A stretch of DNA of 13,573 nt from Breznakia blatticola. Lineage in GTDB: Bacteria > Bacillota_I > Bacilli_A > Erysipelotrichales > Erysipelotrichaceae. Both the position numbers and the translations under genes were made by a program. The notes under the pieces were generated by a model, which saw nothing but the letters and a program-made list of their open reading frames with translations, was not told where the DNA came from and did no database searches. This document shows positions 7,706 through 13,573 of the stretch, one piece after another. The stretch covers positions 1-13,573 of the forward strand of contig NZ_SODD01000055.1 in the NCBI RefSeq assembly GCF_004365815.1, in the 5' to 3' direction. Numbering within the stretch: position 1 is the stretch's first letter; every line of letters starts with the position of its first letter.

Positions 7706-7714
7706 TGTTAGAAT
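7685..7714 (+). promoter_or_regulatory. Sigma-A type promoter of the activase/dehydratase-like operon
   Basis: -35 TTGAAT (7685-7690), an 18-nt spacer, then the extended -10 TGTTAGAAT (7706-7714). The predicted TSS is near 7721, and SD GAGGGA (7731-7736) lies 9 nt before the ATG at 7746. Confidence 0.5.
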
Positions 7715-7745
7715 GACACATATGGAAAATGAGGGAACGATAAAT

Positions 7746-10682
7746 ATGACTTATAAAATAGGCTTAGATATCGGTTCAACAACGATCAAAGCAGTCGTTT
7801 TGAATGATACAAATGAAGTAGTATATAAAAGTTACGAACGTCACAAATCAAGAGTTCGTGAAATGGCACTAGAAAAGATTGAAGAATTAAAACCGATTAT
7901 TAAGGATCATAAATTCAAGATTTCTTTAACTGGTAGTGCTGGTTTAGGAATTGCAAACAATGCTAATTTACCATTCGTACAAGAAGTTTTTGCGACAACC
8001 AAAGCAGTTAGAAAATATCACAATGACAGTGATGTTGTAATTGAACTTGGTGGTGAGGATGCAAAAATTATTTTTTTACGTGGAGCTTTAGAGGAACGAA
8101 TGAATTCAACATGTGCCGGTGGTACTGGAGCATTTATCGATCAAATGGCAACGCTACTCAATGTCGACTTGGCAGAACTTGATTCCCTCTCACAAAACTA
8201 TACAAAATTATATCCAATTGCTTCACGCTGTGGAGTCTTTGCGAAAACGGATATTCAACCATTATTGAACCAAGGTGCTCAAAAGGAAAATCTAGCTGCT
8301 AGTATTTTCCAAGCTGTTGTTGATCAAACCATTACCGGTCTTGCTCAAGGAAGAACCATTGATGGAAATATTCTATTCTTAGGTGGTCCTTTATCCTTTA
8401 ATAAAGGCTTACGTGACCGCTTTATTGAAACTTTAAAAATTGATGAAAGTCAGGCGACACTTCCAGAAATGGGACCATACTTTGTTGCTTTAGGGGCTGC
8501 AATTAGTGCAGAAAGTGAAACTCAAGATTATACATATGCACAATTAATGGATGCATTAAAACGTGCAGCAAATGTGAAAGTCTCACATGAAGGTCTACCT
8601 CCCCTATTTAATAATGATGACGAATATTTAGAGTTTAAAGAACGTCATGCAAAAGCGAAAGTGCAAGAAGTAGATCTTGCTAGCTATAAAGGTAAAGCAT
8701 ATTTGGGAGTTGATGCAGGAAGTACGACAACTAAAATTGTTTTACTAAATGAAAATCATGAGATTTTATATCAAAACTATACGTCAAACCAAGGAAATCC
8801 AGTTGATGTTGTGCAAGAACAACTCACTAAAATTTATTCAATCAATCCAGAGATTCAAATTGCTGGAAGTGGTGTTACTGGATATGGAGAAGAATTGATT
8901 CGTCAAGCTTTCCATATGGACCAAGGTGAAGTAGAAACCATCTCTCACTATACTGCAGCTAAACATTTTGAACCAAATGTTGATTTCATTATCGATATTG
9001 GTGGTCAAGATATGAAGTGTTTTAAAATCAAAGATAATCGCATTGATGAGATTATTCTAAATGAAGCATGTAGTTCTGGATGTGGTAGTTTCATTGAAAC
9101 TTTTGCCAACTCTTTAGGATATGACATTATTCAGTTCTCACAAATGGGCTTAATGGGTCAACATCCAGTGGATTTAGGTAGTCGTTGTACAGTCTTTATG
9201 AATTCATCAGTGAAACAAGCACAAAAGAATGGTGCAACTGTTGAAGATATTAGTGCAGGACTTGCTATCTCAGTAGTAAAAAATGCACTATATAAAGTTA
9301 TTCGTATTGCAGATCCAGAAGATTTAGGACAAAACATCGTTGTACAAGGTGGAACATTCTTAAATGACACTGTATTACGCAGTTTTGAAAAAGAATTAGA
9401 TAAACCTGTTGTTCGTCCACAAATATCTGGACTTATGGGTGCTTTTGGAATTGCACTAATCGCACAAGAAAAATCAAATGGAACAAGTACAATTCTTAGT
9501 AAAGAAGAAGTCGAAAACTTTACCCATACTTCAAAAGTAGTAAACTGTCGTCTTTGTGGAAACAACTGTTCCCTAACAATTAATACGTTCGGTGATGGAA
9601 AACGTCTTATTGCTGGAAATAAATGTGAACGTCCAATTAAAGGTGAAGCAAACTTTGATATTCCAAATGTTTATGCTTTAAAAATGGCAAAATTGGAATC
9701 GTATAAGGAACTATCAAAACCAGGTAAACGCGGAAGACTTGGTTTACCAATGGTACTTAATATGTATGAAAACTTACCATTCTGGCATACGTTCTTTACC
9801 GCTTTAGATTTTGAAGTTATTGTGAGCGACCGTTCTAGTAAAGCGATTTACAATAAGGGACAACATACAATTCCTTCAGATACAGCGTGTTATCCAGCAA
9901 AATTAGTACATGGTCATATTGTGAATTTATTAGAAAAGGATTTGGATGCAATATTCTACCCTGCTATGACTTATAACTTTGATGAAGGAATTAGTGATAA
10001 CTGCTTTAACTGCCCTGTTGTTGCATACTATCCTGAAGTCATTCAAGCAAATATGGATGTGAAAATTCCATTTATGTATCCATATATTTCTGTTAATGAT
10101 AAAAAGGATTTTATGAAGAAAATCCGTCGTTATCTAAAAGAACAAGGATACAGTATATCTAAAAAAGAAATCGTTGAAGCGAGTAATCTAGCTTATGCGG
10201 AATACGAAAACCATACAAATGAAATTGAAAGCTATGCACGTGAAGCATTAGAGTATGCACAAAAAGAAGATTTAAAAATCATCTGTTTAGCAGGACGTCC
10301 ATACCATATCGATCCTGAAATTAACCACGGAATTGATCGTTTGATTACCTCACTAGGTTGTGCGGTTATTTCTGAAGACAGTGTGGCACGTACAGTTGAG
10401 TTTGAAAAATTCCAAGTATTAAACCAATGGACATATCACGCTCGTTTATATCAAGCAGCAAACTATATTGCCAATATTGAAAATTGTGAACTTGTACAAC
10501 TTGTAAGTTTTGGTTGTGGACTTGATTCCATTACATCGGATGAAATTCACGACATCTTACATGAAAACAATAAAATGTATACACAACTTAAAATTGATGA
10601 AATTGATAATTTAGGAGCTGTGAAAATACGAATTCGTTCATTACTAGCAGCAATGGAAGACCGGGAGGAAGCAAATGAGTAA
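7746..10682 (+). CDS. Large subunit of a BCR/HAD-family ATP-dependent reductase (PlsA/PlsR plasmalogen-synthase-like): two tandem BcrAD/BadFG (HgdC-type activator) ATPase modules, a Cys4 linker and a DUF2229-like dehydratase-related module
   Basis: ORF 7689..10682 trimmed to the ATG at 7746 (SD GAGGGA). Module 1 has GLDIGSTTIKAVVL, ELGGEDAK, STCAGGTG and SRCGVF. Module 2 has GVDAGSTTTKIVLL, DIGGQDMK, EACSSGCG and SRCTVF. The linker carries CRLCGNNC...NKC. The C-terminal module has ACYPAKLVHGH, NCFNCPVVAYYPE and SFGCGLDS. 978 aa. Confidence 0.85.
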   Translation: MTYKIGLDIGSTTIKAVVLNDTNEVVYKSYERHKSRVREMALEKIEELKPIIKDHKFKISLTGSAGLGIANNANLPFVQEVFATTKAVRKYHNDSDVVIELGGEDAKIIFLRGALEERMNSTCAGGTGAFIDQMATLLNVDLAELDSLSQNYTKLYPIASRCGVFAKTDIQPLLNQGAQKENLAASIFQAVVDQTITGLAQGRTIDGNILFLGGPLSFNKGLRDRFIETLKIDESQATLPEMGPYFVALGAAISAESETQDYTYAQLMDALKRAANVKVSHEGLPPLFNNDDEYLEFKERHAKAKVQEVDLASYKGKAYLGVDAGSTTTKIVLLNENHEILYQNYTSNQGNPVDVVQEQLTKIYSINPEIQIAGSGVTGYGEELIRQAFHMDQGEVETISHYTAAKHFEPNVDFIIDIGGQDMKCFKIKDNRIDEIILNEACSSGCGSFIETFANSLGYDIIQFSQMGLMGQHPVDLGSRCTVFMNSSVKQAQKNGATVEDISAGLAISVVKNALYKVIRIADPEDLGQNIVVQGGTFLNDTVLRSFEKELDKPVVRPQISGLMGAFGIALIAQEKSNGTSTILSKEEVENFTHTSKVVNCRLCGNNCSLTINTFGDGKRLIAGNKCERPIKGEANFDIPNVYALKMAKLESYKELSKPGKRGRLGLPMVLNMYENLPFWHTFFTALDFEVIVSDRSSKAIYNKGQHTIPSDTACYPAKLVHGHIVNLLEKDLDAIFYPAMTYNFDEGISDNCFNCPVVAYYPEVIQANMDVKIPFMYPYISVNDKKDFMKKIRRYLKEQGYSISKKEIVEASNLAYAEYENHTNEIESYAREALEYAQKEDLKIICLAGRPYHIDPEINHGIDRLITSLGCAVISEDSVARTVEFEKFQVLNQWTYHARLYQAANYIANIENCELVQLVSFGCGLDSITSDEIHDILHENNKMYTQLKIDEIDNLGAVKIRIRSLLAAMEDREEANE

Positions 10683-11925
10683 AATAGAACGCGTTGAATT
10701 TACCAAAGAAATGAAGAAAACGCATACCATCCTTATTCCAAATATGTTACATATGCATTTTCAAATCCTTGAAGAATTATTGATTTCTGAAGGATATAAA
10801 GTAGAACTGCTTAAAACAAAGCATCAAAATATAGTGAATGAAGGGGTAAAAAACGTACACAATGATACATGTTATCCTGCCCTACTTGTTGTTGGACAAA
10901 TGATTGATGCTTTAAAAAGTGGTGCATATGATCTTGATAAAGTTGCCTTGATTATTACCCAAACTGGTGGTGGATGTCGTGCAAGTAACTACATTCATTT
11001 ATTAAGAAAAGCACTTAGAAATAATGGAATGGCACATATCCCAGTAATTTCAGTAAACTTCTATGGATTAGAAAAAAATAGTGGATTTACATTCACTTAT
11101 CGCTTCTTAATAAAAGCGATTTATGGAATTATTTATGGTGATTTACTAATGTGGATCTCCAATCAATGTAAGCCATATGAACTTGAAGCAGGTGCAACTG
11201 ATGCCATGGATAAGAAATGGACAAAGAAAGTTGCAGACAGTCTTCATTCAACAAAATTCTTACATATTAAAGCAAATTATAAAGAAATATTAGATGATTA
11301 TGCATCGATTGCTAGAAGTAATGAGCAAAAAGTTAAAGTTGGAATCGTTGGTGAAATCTATATGAAGTATTCCCCTCTTGGAAATAACAGTTTAGAAGAA
11401 TTCTTATTAAATGAAGGAGCTGAACCTGTTGTGACTGGATTGATGGATTTTATTGCCTACTGTTGTGAGAATATGATTTTGGATTACAGTTTATATGGAA
11501 TCAATAAAATGAATCGTAACTTTGCACGAGTTGTGATTAAGTATATCATTCACTCGCAACGTAAGATGATTAAAGCAATAAAGAAACATGGAGTTTTTCG
11601 ACCAATGTCAGACTTTAGTCAAATCAGTAATATTGCCTCAGATTACATCTCAAAAGGTGTAAAAATGGGAGAAGGATGGTTACTGACAAGTGAAATGTTA
11701 GAACTTATTGAATCTGATGTGAATAATATTGTTTGTTGCCAACCGTTTGGTTGTTTACCAAATCATATTGTCGCTAAAGGAATGATGCGTAAAATCAAAG
11801 ATAACTATCCATATTCAAATATTGTGGCCATTGATTATGACCCTGGTGCAAGTAGCATTAACCAGGAAAATCGTATTAAACTAATGTTAAGTAATGCAAA
11901 ACTTAACATGGAGGAATCAAAATGA
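10675..11925 (+). CDS. HgdB / D-component-like (2-hydroxyacyl-CoA dehydratase-related) subunit, equivalent to the C-terminal module of the ~1400-aa fused 'CoA-substrate-specific enzyme activase' proteins
   Basis: 416 aa. The ATG at 10675 overlaps the upstream stop by 8 nt (ATGAGTAA), and SD GGGAGGA lies 5 nt upstream. Conserved Cys-containing blocks are NDTCYPALLVVGQ, TQTGGGCRASNY and CCQPFGCLPNH. Confidence 0.85.
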   Translation: MSKIERVEFTKEMKKTHTILIPNMLHMHFQILEELLISEGYKVELLKTKHQNIVNEGVKNVHNDTCYPALLVVGQMIDALKSGAYDLDKVALIITQTGGGCRASNYIHLLRKALRNNGMAHIPVISVNFYGLEKNSGFTFTYRFLIKAIYGIIYGDLLMWISNQCKPYELEAGATDAMDKKWTKKVADSLHSTKFLHIKANYKEILDDYASIARSNEQKVKVGIVGEIYMKYSPLGNNSLEEFLLNEGAEPVVTGLMDFIAYCCENMILDYSLYGINKMNRNFARVVIKYIIHSQRKMIKAIKKHGVFRPMSDFSQISNIASDYISKGVKMGEGWLLTSEMLELIESDVNNIVCCQPFGCLPNHIVAKGMMRKIKDNYPYSNIVAIDYDPGASSINQENRIKLMLSNAKLNMEESK

Positions 11926-12716
11926 ATCTGTTCGATGCCATCATAGCATTCTTTGTTTACGCCTTCCTAGGATGGGTTTGCGAAACAATCTATGTCAGTG
12001 TTGGTAAACGACATTTTGTAAAGCGTGGGTTCTTATATGGAACGATATGCCCAATCTATGGGTTTGGTGCACTTGCTGTACTTTATGTATTGGATCCATA
12101 TACGTATTACCCACCACTTATTTTTATTTTAGGTGTAGTTGTTACTAGTACACTTGAATATGTAACAAGTTATGGAATGGAAAAAATCTTCCATCTTCGC
12201 TGGTGGGACTATTCAACATATAAATTCAATCTGAATGGACGAATTTGTTTAAAAAACTCGATTATGTTTGGAATTATGGCACTTGTATTAGTTTATGGAA
12301 TACACCCTGAAGTCGTTGAATTGATCAAAAGTCTACCGGATGTCACAAAATACGTGCTGACTGGTTTACTCATTGGTATCTTTATTACCGATACGACATT
12401 CTCGATTGTACATGCACTTGATATTAATAAAGCACTACAACGTGTTGATGAACTTAAGGATAAAATTGGTAGTGATGCAGAGTTACTAGCAAAACAAGTC
12501 AATGAAAATATTCAAAATGTACGCGAACAAATCTCGGATAAGACAATTAAAGCAAGTAATCGTTATAGTAAGCGTCTTGAACACTTTAAAGAGTCATATC
12601 CAAGTTTGAAACCAATGATAGAAGAACATCGCTTAAAAGCATTAGAAAGTATTATTCAAACTTTGAAAGATGCAAATCTACCACTTACGAAAAAAGAGAA
12701 AAAGAAAAAAAGATGA
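11922..12716 (+). CDS. Integral membrane protein of the 'putative ABC-transporter type IV' (DUF1113 / CmpB-like) family, with a C-terminal cytoplasmic coiled-coil, lysine-rich tail
   Basis: 264 aa. ATGA start/stop overlap with the upstream gene, and SD GGAGGA lies 6 nt upstream. There are about five hydrophobic helices in residues 1-165, including the family signature FLGWVCETIYV...KRGFLYGTICPIYGFGA. Residues ~170-264 are hydrophilic and helical and end in KKEKKKKR. Confidence 0.8.
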   Translation: MNLFDAIIAFFVYAFLGWVCETIYVSVGKRHFVKRGFLYGTICPIYGFGALAVLYVLDPYTYYPPLIFILGVVVTSTLEYVTSYGMEKIFHLRWWDYSTYKFNLNGRICLKNSIMFGIMALVLVYGIHPEVVELIKSLPDVTKYVLTGLLIGIFITDTTFSIVHALDINKALQRVDELKDKIGSDAELLAKQVNENIQNVREQISDKTIKASNRYSKRLEHFKESYPSLKPMIEEHRLKALESIIQTLKDANLPLTKKEKKKKR

Positions 12717-12730
12717 GCGATCATCTTTTT
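12707..12730. terminator. Bidirectional rho-independent terminator shared by the convergent operon and the HAD gene
   Basis: AAAAAGATGA (12707-12716), loop GCGA, TCATCTTTTT (12721-12730) form a 10-bp stem. T-runs follow on both strands. The stem contains the TGA stop of the plus-strand gene (12714-12716) and abuts the TAA of the minus-strand gene (12729-12731). Confidence 0.7.
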
Positions 12731-13442
12731 ATTTTGCGTCTTCTAATTCTCTAACAAATGCTAAGAATCCTTTTGCATCTGTATTCCACTGTGCAAGTTT
12801 TGCCTCATTCTTACGGTCAATTAAATGGTCATTAATTAAGTAAAGTGGAATATCTAGTTTTAAGATTGCCCCATCTTCTTGGGCATCATTTCCAACCATC
12901 ATCACATCTGCTTTATCAATTTGATGCTTTTCTAATACTTCTGTAAAGTACGCTGGATTTGGCTTACAGTAATGGTAATCTTCAAATGTCGTAACTTCTA
13001 AGAATGCATTCGCATCAACTCCAGACCAACGAAGTCTAGATTCACTTGCAATTTTTGGGAATAATGGGTTGGTTGCTGCAATCATTTTATACCCTTTTTG
13101 TTTTAAAACTTCAACGGCTTCAACTATATCGGCATTTTGTGTTACCACAGATTCGATATTCTGAAAGTCTGTTGTATAGAAATCTTCAAATGTTGATTCG
13201 ATTTCACTTGCAGGGATCGAACTTACTTGTTCAAAGGTCTGCCAAAAGATTTCTGCATTGGTTTGGCTTCCATCATTTGTTGTCATTGCTTCAGTTCCTG
13301 CCCAAATCGCTTTTATAAGTAAATCTGCATCATATGTTGAATCAGCAAATTTGCGTTTAATTTGTCCAAAATATTGCTTGATGAATTCATCAAGGTCCAT
13401 GGAAAGTAATGTTCCATCTAAATCAAATAGTATTGTGTTCAT
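12729..13442 (-). CDS. HAD-superfamily hydrolase (phosphatase-like, subfamily IA type)
   Basis: 237 aa. Motif I is ILFDLDGTLL, motif II is IAATNP, the conserved Lys is in CKPNP, and motif IV is MVGNDAQEDG. SD AGAGGAGAA lies upstream of the ATG at 13440-13442. Confidence 0.85.
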   Translation of the reverse strand: MNTILFDLDGTLLSMDLDEFIKQYFGQIKRKFADSTYDADLLIKAIWAGTEAMTTNDGSQTNAEIFWQTFEQVSSIPASEIESTFEDFYTTDFQNIESVVTQNADIVEAVEVLKQKGYKMIAATNPLFPKIASESRLRWSGVDANAFLEVTTFEDYHYCKPNPAYFTEVLEKHQIDKADVMMVGNDAQEDGAILKLDIPLYLINDHLIDRKNEAKLAQWNTDAKGFLAFVRELEDAK

Positions 13443-13467
13443 GTATTCTCCTCTATCGCATAGTACT

Positions 13468-13496
13468 ATTTAACCTTATTTTGTTTTCATAGTCAA
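13468..13496 (-). promoter_or_regulatory. Candidate sigma-A promoter of the HAD hydrolase gene
   Basis: Minus strand has -35 TTGACT (13491-13496), an exactly 17-nt spacer, and -10 TTAAAT (13468-13473), about 25 nt upstream of the ATG. Confidence 0.45.
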
Positions 13497-13500
13497 AGTA

Positions 13501-13532
13501 AAATAAAAAAAGATGCAAAATTCATTGCATCT
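13501..13532 (-). terminator. Rho-independent terminator of a minus-strand gene lying beyond the 3' edge of the window
   Basis: AGATGCAA (13511-13518) pairs with TTGCATCT (13525-13532) around a 6-nt loop. On the minus strand the hairpin is followed by TTTTTATTTT (13501-13510). All three minus-strand frames hit stops at 13532-13548, consistent with a gene ending just upstream of the hairpin. Confidence 0.6.
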
Positions 13533-13573
13533 TATATCGACTTATTCAAATAGTGCAGTTGATAGATAACGCT

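Noticed and set aside
7689-7745. Longer start for the activase fusion (MLANLCVRMTHMENEGTIN...)
   Set aside because: It would begin inside the predicted promoter (-35/-10 at 7685-7714) and lacks an SD. Homology to activator ATPases begins at MTYKIGLDIGSTT, with GAGGGA upstream of 7746.
9158-9565. 135-aa minus-strand ORF inside the activase fusion gene
   Set aside because: It is antisense to the conserved second ATPase module. The Cys/Ser/Phe-rich product reflects reverse translation.
12293-12502. 69-aa minus-strand ORF inside the membrane protein gene
   Set aside because: It is antisense to a CDS with a clear family signature and coupled start. It has no SD.
12690-12711. Homopolymeric A tracts at the 3' end of the membrane protein gene as a slippage or phase-variation site
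   Set aside because: The tracts sit in the last ~8 codons, so slippage would alter only the extreme C-terminus. They are better explained as the poly-Lys tail plus the A-arm of the bidirectional terminator.
13046-13473. Plus-strand ORFs 13046..13318 and 13258..13473
   Set aside because: They are antisense to the HAD hydrolase CDS and its promoter/RBS. These are shadow ORFs.
13532-13573. Partial 3' end of a minus-strand CDS at the window edge
   Set aside because: All three minus-strand frames terminate within 13532-13548, and only about 10 codons are visible. Neither frame nor product can be assigned, so I report only the terminator.
1-13573. Alternative genetic code (TGA = Trp, Mollicutes-like), suggested by the very low GC content
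   Set aside because: TGA closes two well-supported genes (11923-11925 and 12714-12716) exactly at coupled-start or terminator positions. All long ORFs are intact under the standard bacterial code.
1-13573. Mobile elements, CRISPR arrays, defence islands or toxin-antitoxin pairs
   Set aside because: I saw no transposase, integrase or recombinase-like ORFs, no terminal inverted repeats, no regularly spaced direct repeats and no small adjacent gene pairs. Gene content and synteny are core-genome-like apart from the three-gene reductase operon.

Overview
AT-rich, Bacillota-type chromosomal segment using the standard genetic code (TGA is a stop). Genes are tightly packed, and I saw no mobile elements, CRISPR arrays, rRNA or tRNA. 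The minus strand carries a housekeeping operon, RNase J - FtsK/SpoIIIE translocase - inactive M16 peptidase (YmfF-like) - active M16 peptidase (YmfH-like), matching the B. subtilis rnjB...spoIIIE...ymfF-ymfH neighbourhood. Downstream of it are a monocistronic LURP-one-related/DUF567 gene and a short tail-less SSB paralogue. A 245-bp divergent promoter region separates this from the most interesting locus, a translationally coupled three-gene plus-strand operon (7746-12716). Gene 1 is a 978-aa protein with two tandem BcrAD/BadFG (HgdC-like) activator ATPase modules, a Cys4 linker and a dehydratase-related module. Gene 2 is a 416-aa HgdB/D-component-like subunit. Gene 3 is a 5-TM membrane protein of the 'putative ABC-transporter type IV' (DUF1113-like) family with a long coiled-coil, lysine-rich tail. 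Genes 1 and 2 together reproduce the ~1400-aa fused BCR/HAD-family ATP-dependent reductase architecture, the family that includes anaerobic plasmalogen synthase PlsA/PlsR and ether-lipid Ger. The coupled membrane partner is, to my knowledge, not a described component. A HAD-family hydrolase converges on this operon and shares a bidirectional terminator with it. Other points of note: the RNase J has several substituted catalytic metal ligands (J2-like), an inverted repeat brackets the operon's -35 box, and a CG-dense palindromic structured element sits at the 5' edge of the window.
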